Positions 10,609 to 21,181 of a stretch of 64,000 nt of DNA are shown piece by piece. The translations under genes were made by a program, and so were the position numbers. Position 1 is the stretch's first letter. Each line of letters begins with the position of its first letter. This DNA comes from a virus, in IMG/VR virus record IMGVR_UViG_3300009130_001466, positions 32,001 through 96,000 of that record; one strand, written 5' to 3'. Under the pieces are notes generated by a model, which saw only the letters and a program-made list of their open reading frames with translations, was not told where the DNA came from and ran no database searches.

Positions 10609-11144
10609 TTAATAAAGTAAAAGAAAGCCAAGATGTAGAGAGCCTAAAAGAATTAATTAATAGGCATTCTGGAATTTACGTCGAAATGGTCAACAAGTAT
10701 TTACCAAATTCCTTTGAGGGGATAAATAAAGATGATGTTATGGATGATAAAGATTTTTCCATTTATGATGCCGCAATAAAATTTGACAAGAATAAAAATA
10801 CAAAGTTTAGTACGTATGTAGGAAATCTAACACGTTGGAAATGTTTGAATATTTATAACAAAAATATAAAATACCCCAAAATCTGCATAAACGATAATTT
10901 AGAAAAAAATGTATCCTGTGGGTCGGGCGTTAAATCAATTGAGGAGCAAGAAGATATAAAAAGAATTTTTTCGATTATACAAAATCATTCAGACAAAAGA
11001 GTTCGTACTATTTTTAAAATGCGCTACAAAAACGGGAAAAAGTTAACTCCTTGGAAAAAGATTGCGAAAAAGCTGAATCTATCAATTCAAGGATGCATTA
11101 ATATTCACAATAAATATTTAACAGAAATCAAGAGGTATGTCTAG
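10587..11144 (+). CDS. Phage sigma-70-like factor
   Basis: AAIKFDKNKNTKFSTYV (region 2) and C-terminal HTH WKKIAKKLNLSIQGC. Confidence 0.8.
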   Translation: MEEDLLLINKVKESQDVESLKELINRHSGIYVEMVNKYLPNSFEGINKDDVMDDKDFSIYDAAIKFDKNKNTKFSTYVGNLTRWKCLNIYNKNIKYPKICINDNLEKNVSCGSGVKSIEEQEDIKRIFSIIQNHSDKRVRTIFKMRYKNGKKLTPWKKIAKKLNLSIQGCINIHNKYLTEIKRYV

Positions 11145-11227
11145 GTAATCTAAAAAAAATCGAATAAAACACTTGACAAATAAATACAAGGATGTATAAA
11201 TATTCACAATAAACATTTAACAGAAAT
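11088..11227 (+). repeat. 41-bp direct repeat (11088-11128, 11187-11227)
   Basis: CAAGGATGyATwAATATTCACAATAAAyATTTAACAGAAAT, 3 mismatches. Confidence 0.85.
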
Positions 11228-11234
11228 AAAAAAT

Positions 11235-11624
11235 ATGTATAGCAAAACAGTACTAGTAGGAAATCTCGCAAGAGATCCAGAGTCACGCCAAGCAGGGGAA
11301 ACAAACGTTACCCGTCTTGTTGTAGCAGTTAACGATGCCTATTCTAAGGATAAGGTATCTTATGTAGACGTAGAAGCTTGGGGTAAGCTTGGCGAAATTT
11401 GCCAAAAGTATCTAAGCAAGGGCCGCCAGGCATTGGTTGATGGCCGTTTGGTTCAAGACACCTGGGAAAAGGATGGAAAGAAGAACTCTAAGCTTTACGT
11501 AAAAGCTGACAATGTCCAATTTCTTGGCAGCAAAGACAAAAATAGTTCACCTGATTCAGCATCCGCTCCAGCTGGCAATACAGCCCCCTCATCAACTGGA
11601 TCAGACGAAGACATTCCCTTCTAA
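11235..11624 (+). CDS. ssb: Single-stranded DNA-binding protein
   Basis: LVGNLARDPE, VDGRL, acidic DEDIPF tail. Confidence 0.95.
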   Translation: MYSKTVLVGNLARDPESRQAGETNVTRLVVAVNDAYSKDKVSYVDVEAWGKLGEICQKYLSKGRQALVDGRLVQDTWEKDGKKNSKLYVKADNVQFLGSKDKNSSPDSASAPAGNTAPSSTGSDEDIPF

Positions 11625-12715
11625 TGCAATTAATCGTAGAAGCTCCTATTAATTCACTGAGTTTCGGAAACGTAACTTACAACCTCTTGCGTCAATTTTG
11701 GCGCAAGGGCGTTGATGTTATTTGGTATCCACTATCAGGTAACGCAAGCTTTGAATCTTTTGGCGATAAATTAGATAAAGATTTTGGCAAGTGGTTGCAA
11801 GATTCAGCCGCTAACGCAAATAAGAAAATTAATCAAGACATCCCTTCTTTTAAACTTTGGCACCTAAACGGTTCTCAATCTAGGATTGGTAGCAAGCAGT
11901 TTTTGTATTCATTTTACGAACTCGACAAACCTACAGAAGAGGAGATTAATTTGGCAAAGTTCCAAAACAAGGTTTGGTTTTCAAGTAATCATGCCGCAAA
12001 CCTTTTTAAGCAAGAGGGTGTGGACGCTGGCGTTATTCCTGTTGGTTTTGATGAAGATTTTCACAAAACAAATAAGCAGTATTTAAACCCAGATGTGGTT
12101 CATTTTGGACTAATGGGTAAATTTGAAAAACGAAAGCACACAGAAAAGATTATTAAGCTTTGGCTTTCTAAATATGGAAACAATAATAAATATCAACTAA
12201 GCGTTCTTGTTACAAACCCATTCTTTAAAGAAGAAGAAAACAAAAATCTTCTTGCAAACTGTCTGGAAGGTAAACGGTATACAAATATTAACTTTTTACC
12301 CTATTTAAAAACAAATACAGAAGTTAATGATTTCCTAAATGCAATTGACATCGACCTCACTGGTCTAAGCGGTGCAGAAGGTTGGAATTTGCCAGCCTTT
12401 AATGCGAGTTGTCTTGGAAAGTGGTCTATTGTTCTGAATGCTACATCCCATAAAGATTGGGCAACAAGTGCCAACTCTATTTTAGTTGAACCAAATGGGA
12501 TCGAACCCTGCTATGATGACAAATTTTTTCAAGAAGGGTCTGCCTTCAATCAGGGCAACATCTTTACTTGGGATAGTGACGTAGTGTCGCAGGCGATGGA
12601 TAATGCTGTCTCTAAAAAGGGACAAATTAACACAGAAGGAGAGAAGCTAAAACAAGAATTTTCTTATAGTCGTTCTGCAGACCGCTTACTTAAAGGGATT
12701 AAGGAATCTGTATAA
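11624..12715 (+). CDS. Glycosyltransferase (GT-B/GT4-like)
   Basis: GKFEKRK, EGWNLPAF motifs. Confidence 0.8.
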   Translation: MQLIVEAPINSLSFGNVTYNLLRQFWRKGVDVIWYPLSGNASFESFGDKLDKDFGKWLQDSAANANKKINQDIPSFKLWHLNGSQSRIGSKQFLYSFYELDKPTEEEINLAKFQNKVWFSSNHAANLFKQEGVDAGVIPVGFDEDFHKTNKQYLNPDVVHFGLMGKFEKRKHTEKIIKLWLSKYGNNNKYQLSVLVTNPFFKEEENKNLLANCLEGKRYTNINFLPYLKTNTEVNDFLNAIDIDLTGLSGAEGWNLPAFNASCLGKWSIVLNATSHKDWATSANSILVEPNGIEPCYDDKFFQEGSAFNQGNIFTWDSDVVSQAMDNAVSKKGQINTEGEKLKQEFSYSRSADRLLKGIKESV

Positions 12716-12747
12716 AATTGGCACAGGCATTGCAAAGATAAAAGCCT

Positions 12748-13113
12748 ATGTATACAAAATTAATAGATCAAATTGAAAACGCCTTCTATGAAGGCTTTAC
12801 TGACAAGTCTTTTCGTAAACACGGCAAGGGTTATGTTGGGCCATTAGAAATTAAAGACGAAGAGGATTTTTATATCGTTAAAAAGGTTATTGTTGGATTT
12901 AGTTCTGACGAAATTACTGCGAATGTCCGTAAAAGTATCTTAAAGGTTTTCGTTAATGATGAAAAACAAAAACCAATTGATATTGTCAATTTAAGAATTG
13001 ATACCGACTATATTGACGCTTCCAAAATTTCATCTAAATTAAAAAACGGAATTATGGAAATCAAACTCCCAAAATCTGAAAATTCTAAAACAGTTCAAAT
13101 CTCTGTAGATTAA
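12748..13113 (+). CDS. Small heat-shock protein (Hsp20)
   Basis: IDASKISSKLKNGIMEIKLPK..IS V alpha-crystallin C-terminus. Confidence 0.8.
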   Translation: MYTKLIDQIENAFYEGFTDKSFRKHGKGYVGPLEIKDEEDFYIVKKVIVGFSSDEITANVRKSILKVFVNDEKQKPIDIVNLRIDTDYIDASKISSKLKNGIMEIKLPKSENSKTVQISVD

Positions 13114-13118
13114 ACAAG

Positions 13119-13150
13119 AGCCCCCGATTGAAAAAGTCGGGGGCTTTTTT
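13119..13150 (+). terminator. Intrinsic terminator
   Basis: AGCCCCCGA/TCGGGGGCT stem followed by T-run. Confidence 0.8.
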
Positions 13151-13160
13151 ATAATCAGTT

Positions 13161-13574
13161 ATGCCGTTATATTTATACGAAAATGTAGAAACTGGAGAGA
13201 TCTCAGAGATCCTTCAGAGTATGAACGATGTCCACGAGTACCACGGTAAGGATGGATTAGAGCAAGGGCTTTGGAGGCGCGTTTACGTCAATCCTACGCT
13301 ATCTTTTGACACCAAGATGGATGCGTTTGACTCAAAATCTTTCGTTGCATCCACAGTCAACAAAAATGACACATATGGAGACCTTCAAAATAGAGCGGCA
13401 GAAGCATCAGAAATTAGAGCTGGAAAGAATGGGGGCATAGATCCAGTAAAGGAGAAATACTACAAAGACTATAATAAAAAAACGAATGGCAAGCTCCACC
13501 CTCAAGAACAAAAAGAAAAATTCAAAAAGGCTATAGAAAAAGCAGAAAAAAAAGGCTTAAACGTAGAGCTTTAA
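13161..13574 (+). CDS. FmdB-like hypothetical protein (lacking the Cys ligands)
   Basis: MPLYLYEN..TGE..EILQSM N-terminus. Confidence 0.55.
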   Translation: MPLYLYENVETGEISEILQSMNDVHEYHGKDGLEQGLWRRVYVNPTLSFDTKMDAFDSKSFVASTVNKNDTYGDLQNRAAEASEIRAGKNGGIDPVKEKYYKDYNKKTNGKLHPQEQKEKFKKAIEKAEKKGLNVEL

Positions 13575-13590
13575 TATTAATATAAAAAAT

Positions 13591-13740
13591 ATGAAAATAA
13601 TATTAGAAGAAAAAGACTTTAATTATATTTACAGCATTTTAATGTCCCTGCCAATAAGAGAACTTGAAAAAGTTCAAGAAATTTTGAAAGCACTGGAATC
13701 AAAAAAAGATTCTAAAGATCAACCTGTAGAAGAATCTTAA
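13591..13740 (+). CDS. Small hypothetical protein (49 aa)
   Basis: ATG..TAA ORF filling the gap to the convergent fibre gene. Confidence 0.5.
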   Translation: MKIILEEKDFNYIYSILMSLPIRELEKVQEILKALESKKDSKDQPVEES

Positions 13741-13743
13741 AAT

Positions 13744-16700
13744 TTATACAGCGGAGGTATTTATTTCTCTCCAATTTGATCCATTGTGAATATACATATT
13801 GTCGCCACTATACATAATCTGGCCACCTACGCCTGGGGTACTTGCGCCAGTCCATAAAGGCACATTCATATAAGTTCCTTGGTCAAAATCTAAGAAAAGG
13901 GTGTCTTCTCCCTTGGATTGTGTTTGGGTTATTTTACTGTCTTTTATTACGGACCCAGCTATATGCTGAGAATCTATATTATCTCCAAAAACAAAAGTGT
14001 TTTGCCCGCTTGATTCTATATCTTCTCCAAAGAAAGTAGATTTGTTTGAATTTTGTACATTTATTCGATCTCCGTATATAAAAACATTACTAGAACTCTT
14101 AACATTATTATTAAAGCCCTTAATTGATAAATTTGAAACAAAACCGCCAACGCCCGACAGTGTATTTCCGTACCCTAAAATATCACAATGCCTAAAGTCA
14201 ACAAAAGTACTAGTGTCACCAAATTTAACAAAAGTAATATCTTCCCCAAGAATCCTTGAATGCTCTACTCGCACCCTTCCAGTTAAATTAATATTGGAGC
14301 CCAAAATATCTGAGTAATCTAAATCATGATCTATGTTAATATTATTCCCTTGAATTTTGGAATCGGCTGCATTGCTTATATCGCTTTGGATTAAATTAAA
14401 AACAGAACAGCGATTAATGCCACTCAACTCTGAATCGTTAACATAGTTTAAATTAGACGACAATATGGATCTTGCATTAGAATTTATTAAATTATTTGCG
14501 GAAGAACTCGATAATCCAAGAACATTACAGTTACCAAGATTCGATATTGATGAATCGGTTACGCTAGATAAGTTTGAAGCGTAAATATTTTTGATTTCTG
14601 AGTAGAATGCACCAGAAACCGTAGATTCGTCGTGGTTGAAACAAAAAACGTCTAGAGAAGCCCTGAAAATATTATCGGATGAATTCTGACTACTTCGAGT
14701 AAAATTATGACCACCAATAACGAACAAATTAGAACAAAAATCAAGTTTATTCTTTTTCCCAAATATATAATTTGAATCTTCTCGTGTATTCTGAGTGTTG
14801 AATGCCGCCCCAGTAATACTATTTTGCTCGCCTATAATAAGTGAGTAGACTGAAGGTTCTTCACCTACAATTTCGTTTTCGTCTCCAAAAATTAAATTAT
14901 TACGACCAGACAAAGTATTTTCAGCACCATTTATAATCGTACTTTTCCGACCATAAATAGTATTATTTAGCCCATTTAAAATTGTAGAGTAGGTGTTGTT
15001 AAGGACGTCTGTTGCATCTAACTCCGATACTTCAGTTAATATTTTATTTCTGTTTCCATTTAAAATGGTTGAATTGGCGCTTTTGATTCTTTCCCCGCTT
15101 TGTGATATTTCGTTTCCGATACCATTGAAGATTGAAGAATAATGCGCCGCTTTAACTAAAGATCCAAGACTGTTGGAAATATTACAAAATATTGGATAAT
15201 TATCCGAATCTTGAAAGCTGCTAACATTAGGGCCCCTATAGCCGCTTTCTATGCTTGAATTCATAGAATTGCTTATTGATAGAAGTTGTCCATGTGTGCT
15301 GCACCTAACTGAAGAAAAAATGGAAGAGAGACTTTCCCAAGTCTGCCTTCTGTCATTAAAATCACGAAGTAAATCGCTTTCTTCCATACCGCTTAATTCT
15401 GGTATTACAAAATCGTGTCCAAAATTAAAAGTATTTCTAAAACCGAATTCGCCATACAGGGAATGGGTCACTGCATGTATATCATTTCTTTTCCCATTTA
15501 ATATAAAACCGCCTATTCCGTCTACACTATTCTCTTCTCCTCCGAATATATGAGAATGTTTGTTTTGCACAGCTTCCAAATTTGAGCCGTTAGCGAAGAC
15601 GCCCTCTATAACGAATCTCTCACCAGCCTTGTTTGAACCTATTACATTGTTTTCTCCATTAATTATCGTGTTGTAATTTTTATAGTCTCTGTTGAAATAG
15701 TAGAATCCTTTATCTAAATTTTCTGAAGACGACCCAGTTAAAAAACTCAAATTAATTGTATTACCTGTGCCGCCAAATATGTAAGAATTGTGCCCAGAAG
15801 CTTTATTGTTTATGCCCGCTACTATTGAGTTCGCTCCAGCTAACTCATTTCCAGATCCATTTAAAATAGTAGAAAAATCAGACTGAACTTTATTTTCGAT
15901 TCCATTCAGAATAGACGCATAAACAGGGGCATCAAAAACCTTTTGTTCAAACCAATAACCTGAAATTCTCTCAAAACCATCTGTGGCCGACCAAGTATAC
16001 CAAGGTTGAGGATGAATATCGCTTTCATAAATTTCGCTATACAGCAGGTCTTGAAATGGAAACTTAGTAAACTGAGCGGCAAAACCCACTTCTCTGATAA
16101 TTCCAGTGTCTGCGGTTGTAAAACTAATTGTCACGTCGGTATTTGTATCGATCGTAGAACCATCTGGAGTTAAAATAACTCCATTATCTGACTCAATAAT
16201 AGAATTTCCAGTTCCACCAGCAATAAATGAATCACTAGAGTCAATAATATTATTACCTCGGCCAGCCGTTATAGAACATCTTTCAGAATCTTCCACAACG
16301 TTTATTCTGCCAGCAGAAATGCAAGAATCTAAAGAATCTTTGACATCATTGTTTCTTCCCGCAAGAATTGCTACACCAGTTCCAGTTAAATTATTATCCT
16401 GTCCACCAAAAAGGGTAGCATAAAGACCTGATGCGGTGTTATTTTGCCCGCCAACTAAAATAGTCTCGTCACCAAATACATCATTATTTGAACCCCCAAC
16501 TAATACGCTTCTGTCTCCACTTATTGAATTATTATTGCCACCTACAAGGGAAGACTCAGTTCCAATAATATAATTAGATCTACCTCCCACTAAAGAGGAA
16601 TGAGTTGAGTTTTGTATTTTGTTTGTTTTCCCTCCGAGTAAAACAGAAGAAGTGGAACCAGTTATAGTATTATCATCTCCTACTCCAACTAAAGATCCAG

Positions 16701-19011
16701 TTGATGACGCTATTACATTCGTCGAGCCAGCGGCAATGGAAGATTGGTTAGAGTTTTGTAGTAAATTTCCAGTTCCCGCTCCAACCGAGGAGTCTTGAGA
16801 ATTTATTAAAGTATTACTTGATCCCGCTGTAACCGAGGAGTCTTGAGAATTTGTAAACGTATTATCTTTGCCCGCACCAACGTGGGACCTTTGAGAATTT
16901 TGCATAAAATTCCCAGTTCCCGCTCCGATTGAAGAATCGTCCGAAAGTTTTATGGAGTTTTCTCTACCAGCGACGACCGTGGAAGCCACGCCGCTCACCT
17001 TATTATTTTCGCCAGCGAAAAGCGTGACAAATTTTCCAGAAGCGGTATTGGACTCGCCGCCCATCAAAACGATTCCGTCGCCCACTAACTGATTTCCGCT
17101 ACCCCCGACAAGAACGCTCTTATCTCCGTGAAGGGTATTATTGCTACCTCCGAGCAGAGAAGAGGAAGAGCCAGATACTACATTTTCTATCCCGCCGAGC
17201 AAGGAAGAGTAGCTTCCAGTTCTCAATTCATTATCTCTGCCGCCTAAGATAGAAGCGGAAGAAGTGTTTTCTCCGACCAGATTGTTTCTGCCGCCGAGTA
17301 TCGAAGAGTTGTTTCCGATAGCTTGATTTAAGAAACCCCCTCCAAGAATGGAGTCCTCTCCGCTCACAATATTTTGAAGCCCCGCCAATATCGCTGCGTT
17401 TTCGACATAAACCTTGTTGCGGTTTCCTCCACCGATGAAAGAAGAATTTCCGCTTATGTAATTTTCGTCGCCAGCGGCAATGGAAGATCGGTTAGAGTTT
17501 TGAATGTAGTTTCCAGTTCCAGCGGCAATCGAAGAATCGCTTGAGCCGCTAATTTTATTAAAACCGCCCCCTACAATTGCAGAATTAGCAGAACCACTCA
17601 GTTTATTTTGATTGCCAGCCCCCAGGAAAGATTCATTTGAACTTATAATTCTATTTCCAGTTCCAGCAGAACTTGAAGAATTATTAGACCCTGATAAAAC
17701 ATTTTCTTCGCCAGCTAAAATAGAAGACCCAGTTGAATCAGTCAAAGAATGGCTATCACCAGCACCTATCCACGAACTACTAGAATTTAAAACATTATTT
17801 CCAGAGCCAGCTCCTATGAAAGAACTGGGAGAGTTAGAGAATATATTTTCAGACCCAGCACCTATGAAAGAATTATCCGACGTATTTAAATGATTTTGGG
17901 TTCCAGCCCCCAGTAAACTATCACTTGAACCAGAAATTATATTAGATAGCCCCGCACCTAAAGTTGATCTTGGTGAATTTTTTACTAAATTCAAATTACC
18001 ACCGACAAGAATAGCATTATCCGAAACTAAATTGTTTCCACTTCCTCCAACTATAACACTTTTTTGCCCAGAAATGTTGTTGTTTGATCCACCTACAAGA
18101 GAACTTAAAGATCCACTTATTTCGTTGTTTTCTCCGCCAAGAAGAGAAGAGTGGGTTGAATTTTTTACAATATTTTCCTTGCCTCCAACTATTGTAGAAT
18201 AATTTCCCGTTTTTATTTCATTATTATCTCCGCCTAAAATAGCAGATTTCTGACCGTCTATAGAATTTATATGACCACCAGCAATTACAGAACCTTCGCC
18301 AGTAATTGTGTTATTTGTACCCGCTATTATCCCACCTAAATTAGAATTTACTTGATTCCCATTGCCTCCAGCAATTGCAGATCGATCAGAATTTACTATA
18401 TTATTTTGTCCAGCACCTATGAAAGATTTATTGCCAGAAATTTGGTTTTGGCTGCCAGCCGATATAGAGGATTGATTACCTATCAAATCATTTCCAAGTC
18501 CACCATTTACAGTAGATGAATTTCCAGTAATATGATTTCCAGCACCAGCGCCGATAAAAGAAAAGTTCCCACTTAGAGAGTTATGAGTGCCAGCGGAGAT
18601 AAACGAGTCATCCCCTATTAAAGAATTATATGTGCCAACACCAATGGCGGAATAATCCCCACTTAGAAAATTATTATTGCCAGCTAATATAACAGAATAA
18701 TTCCCACTTAAAGTATTTACGTTTCCAGCAAATATAACAGATCCTTGCGAATTTTGAGCCATTTGAAGCTGACCCTCCCCCAAACCAGAAAGCGAATTAT
18801 TTTTATAAACAAGCTCTAAACCTTGATAAGTTGGTATAGAATTGAAATTCTTAACTCCAGATATGTTCTGATCGCCAGTTTTTAATACTATTTTGTTTCC
18901 ATCCCAATCTATATCAGATCCATCTCCATTTGTGACTATCGCAGTGTTTGGATCTGAATTCAGTATATAGATATAACTAGAATCTATTCTTTTTCCGTAA
19001 AGGTCTGCCAT
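13744..19011 (-). CDS. Giant Gly/Asn/Ser-rich beta-solenoid tail fibre/adhesin
   Basis: Dozens of S-x-I-x-(A/G)G-x-x-N repeats; ATG 19011 is 8 nt after TGTGTAA. Confidence 0.8.
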   Translation of the reverse strand: MADLYGKRIDSSYIYILNSDPNTAIVTNGDGSDIDWDGNKIVLKTGDQNISGVKNFNSIPTYQGLELVYKNNSLSGLGEGQLQMAQNSQGSVIFAGNVNTLSGNYSVILAGNNNFLSGDYSAIGVGTYNSLIGDDSFISAGTHNSLSGNFSFIGAGAGNHITGNSSTVNGGLGNDLIGNQSSISAGSQNQISGNKSFIGAGQNNIVNSDRSAIAGGNGNQVNSNLGGIIAGTNNTITGEGSVIAGGHINSIDGQKSAILGGDNNEIKTGNYSTIVGGKENIVKNSTHSSLLGGENNEISGSLSSLVGGSNNNISGQKSVIVGGSGNNLVSDNAILVGGNLNLVKNSPRSTLGAGLSNIISGSSDSLLGAGTQNHLNTSDNSFIGAGSENIFSNSPSSFIGAGSGNNVLNSSSSWIGAGDSHSLTDSTGSSILAGEENVLSGSNNSSSSAGTGNRIISSNESFLGAGNQNKLSGSANSAIVGGGFNKISGSSDSSIAAGTGNYIQNSNRSSIAAGDENYISGNSSFIGGGNRNKVYVENAAILAGLQNIVSGEDSILGGGFLNQAIGNNSSILGGRNNLVGENTSSASILGGRDNELRTGSYSSLLGGIENVVSGSSSSLLGGSNNTLHGDKSVLVGGSGNQLVGDGIVLMGGESNTASGKFVTLFAGENNKVSGVASTVVAGRENSIKLSDDSSIGAGTGNFMQNSQRSHVGAGKDNTFTNSQDSSVTAGSSNTLINSQDSSVGAGTGNLLQNSNQSSIAAGSTNVIASSTGSLVGVGDDNTITGSTSSVLLGGKTNKIQNSTHSSLVGGRSNYIIGTESSLVGGNNNSISGDRSVLVGGSNNDVFGDETILVGGQNNTASGLYATLFGGQDNNLTGTGVAILAGRNNDVKDSLDSCISAGRINVVEDSERCSITAGRGNNIIDSSDSFIAGGTGNSIIESDNGVILTPDGSTIDTNTDVTISFTTADTGIIREVGFAAQFTKFPFQDLLYSEIYESDIHPQPWYTWSATDGFERISGYWFEQKVFDAPVYASILNGIENKVQSDFSTILNGSGNELAGANSIVAGINNKASGHNSYIFGGTGNTINLSFLTGSSSENLDKGFYYFNRDYKNYNTIINGENNVIGSNKAGERFVIEGVFANGSNLEAVQNKHSHIFGGEENSVDGIGGFILNGKRNDIHAVTHSLYGEFGFRNTFNFGHDFVIPELSGMEESDLLRDFNDRRQTWESLSSIFSSVRCSTHGQLLSISNSMNSSIESGYRGPNVSSFQDSDNYPIFCNISNSLGSLVKAAHYSSIFNGIGNEISQSGERIKSANSTILNGNRNKILTEVSELDATDVLNNTYSTILNGLNNTIYGRKSTIINGAENTLSGRNNLIFGDENEIVGEEPSVYSLIIGEQNSITGAAFNTQNTREDSNYIFGKKNKLDFCSNLFVIGGHNFTRSSQNSSDNIFRASLDVFCFNHDESTVSGAFYSEIKNIYASNLSSVTDSSISNLGNCNVLGLSSSSANNLINSNARSILSSNLNYVNDSELSGINRCSVFNLIQSDISNAADSKIQGNNINIDHDLDYSDILGSNINLTGRVRVEHSRILGEDITFVKFGDTSTFVDFRHCDILGYGNTLSGVGGFVSNLSIKGFNNNVKSSSNVFIYGDRINVQNSNKSTFFGEDIESSGQNTFVFGDNIDSQHIAGSVIKDSKITQTQSKGEDTLFLDFDQGTYMNVPLWTGASTPGVGGQIMYSGDNMYIHNGSNWREINTSAV

Positions 19012-19019
19012 AATCTTAT

Positions 19020-20144
19020 TTACACAAAACTGTTCCAAATAAAGTCATTATGACTGAAAATAGTTCCGTTGTTCTTATTCCAAAGGTAAACAGAGGCGCC
19101 AGTTAATATATTTATATTATTTGCGCCAAAAATTAAATTTGCATCTTCTGATAATTCTGATGAAATAGAGTTACTGAAGTTTTTGGACTGTAAACTTGCT
19201 CCAGAAATATTGACCATGAAGTTTTTGCCATTTATCTTGCCACCACTTATGCTTATATAATAAGTTTCTGAATTTTTTAAAAAATTTAATAAAGAATGAT
19301 CGGTTTCTATGTCTGAAACTTTATTTTTTAAAGAAATTTTTCCTAAAAACGGAGGAGTCGCCACCCTTCCCATTGGAAAATATTTATCTATAGAATTTAT
19401 TCTTTTTCTGTTAAAATCGAGATTTATGTCGAAAGATTGAATATTATCTGGCTTAATCAAGAAAGAATCTTCTGTTCCTATCCCGCTTATTTTTACATAA
19501 GTATTGTATCCAGCAGTCCACTCTCCCATAAAGTTGGACTCAATTAATTCATCGTATATGCCAGTAAACACAAAATTACCAACTGGTTGTTGATCTCCAG
19601 TTAAATTAACAGATGGAGACTTGCCACTGCTTAATAAATACTGCCCATCGCTACCACTATATTCTTGCGCAATTATATTACTTCCGATGTATGAATAGTC
19701 ACTGGTTAAAATACCACCAACTTTTTGATTTATTTTTACAGAGTCAAGAAAACAATTTCCTATTGAAAGCGAACTCTCATATTGACTAAGAACAGTTCTT
19801 TCTTCGTCTCTACCAACAATAGAATAAAAGTTTTTCCCCCGATTTAAATCTTCACGAAGTTGCCCTCCAGTAAAAACATCTTCAAACAATGTTTCAAAAT
19901 TTTCAAGTATAGATAAGTTTACATTGACATCTGGGGCTTGATTTGAATAAATAAAATTTTTCTTTTTTGATCCCACTGAACCCTTACTACTAACTAAATT
20001 AGATCCAAAATCAAAATCAAAACTTTGCACCCCTGGCAAGAAGAACATACCGCTTCCGTTATTCATTTCTTGCTGATGAAACTCATCCTCGCTATAAAAC
20101 AAGCAAACATCCGCGTATCTATTTACAAATCTAGACGCACTCAT
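19020..20144 (-). CDS. Tail tube-like minor tail protein
   Basis: Shares VQSFDF and IQSF.I...FNR..I..I...FP..R blocks with the major tail protein. Confidence 0.6.
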   Translation of the reverse strand: MSASRFVNRYADVCLFYSEDEFHQQEMNNGSGMFFLPGVQSFDFDFGSNLVSSKGSVGSKKKNFIYSNQAPDVNVNLSILENFETLFEDVFTGGQLREDLNRGKNFYSIVGRDEERTVLSQYESSLSIGNCFLDSVKINQKVGGILTSDYSYIGSNIIAQEYSGSDGQYLLSSGKSPSVNLTGDQQPVGNFVFTGIYDELIESNFMGEWTAGYNTYVKISGIGTEDSFLIKPDNIQSFDINLDFNRKRINSIDKYFPMGRVATPPFLGKISLKNKVSDIETDHSLLNFLKNSETYYISISGGKINGKNFMVNISGASLQSKNFSNSISSELSEDANLIFGANNINILTGASVYLWNKNNGTIFSHNDFIWNSFV

Positions 20145-21181
20145 TAAACCCTCCCAAAATCAAAAATATTAAAATTAAAAGAAAAAGAAGAGTTTAGATT
20201 TTGACCCAAAGAAATTGACTGGGAGTTAGAAGATAATCTTGCTCCAGATATCTGAAACTCTTGAGTCTCTGAATTTCCATTTTCAAAACTTAAATTCACT
20301 ACATAAGAATCGTTTGTCTCTAGAAAATCTTTTAGATTAGACTGGGACCCGCTTAAGTTAAATTCTGAAGATATAAAAGATGCAGAAAGTGACCCCTCCG
20401 TAGTATGTATGAACTTTCTTTTTATTGGGTATTTCTTTCCGATTGAAAATATTTTTTTTCTATTAAATGGCATAGATAAGGAAAAATCTTGAATCATGTC
20501 AGCTTTAATTAAAAATATATTTTCTGAGTTAACTCCAGATATCGACAAATTGGTTTTATAAGCTGGGAAAATATCATCTTGAAGATTTGTCTGAGCATTA
20601 AGTAGGCCTTGAACATTCGGAAGGGTTGTTGTAATGATTTGTGATTGATCTCCAGTTAAATTAACAGCTGGGTTATTTATCTCATTTGAGACTATGGTTT
20701 GAGCATTGATATTACTACAAGAATAAGTGTATTTTGATGTTAAAAACTGATTAATAGATTGCGTTAAAGTGAAATTTTCAAGGAAAGCATTGCCAAAATT
20801 TATGGTTTCATCTGCATCAGAAAAGTCTGAGTAATATTTTTTTTTACCTATCAGAAAATAAAAACTAGCATCTTGATCTAAGTCTTCTAAAACGGCATTG
20901 CCGCTAAAAAATCCAGAGAACATATCTTCAAATGTCTCAAAAATGTTAACATCTAAATTTACATCAACGTCATATCTATTTACGCTTTTTGAATAGAATT
21001 TATCACCAAGCGTTAGTATATCTTCGGTTTTTGTATTAAAATCAAATGAAAAATCCTGCACCAACGGGACTAGTTTTATAGATGATGCGTCATTAGACCC
21101 GCTTAAAAATGATCCAGCGCCACCCTTCAACAAACAAACATTTTCATATGTTATTGTTGGTCTATTTATATTAGTTGTCAT
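20144..21181 (-). CDS. Tail tube-like minor tail protein
   Basis: Paralog of the neighbour (VQDFSFDF, PAVNLTGDQ, IQDFSLSMPFNR). Confidence 0.6.
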   Translation of the reverse strand: MTTNINRPTITYENVCLLKGGAGSFLSGSNDASSIKLVPLVQDFSFDFNTKTEDILTLGDKFYSKSVNRYDVDVNLDVNIFETFEDMFSGFFSGNAVLEDLDQDASFYFLIGKKKYYSDFSDADETINFGNAFLENFTLTQSINQFLTSKYTYSCSNINAQTIVSNEINNPAVNLTGDQSQIITTTLPNVQGLLNAQTNLQDDIFPAYKTNLSISGVNSENIFLIKADMIQDFSLSMPFNRKKIFSIGKKYPIKRKFIHTTEGSLSASFISSEFNLSGSQSNLKDFLETNDSYVVNLSFENGNSETQEFQISGARLSSNSQSISLGQNLNSSFSFNFNIFDFGRV

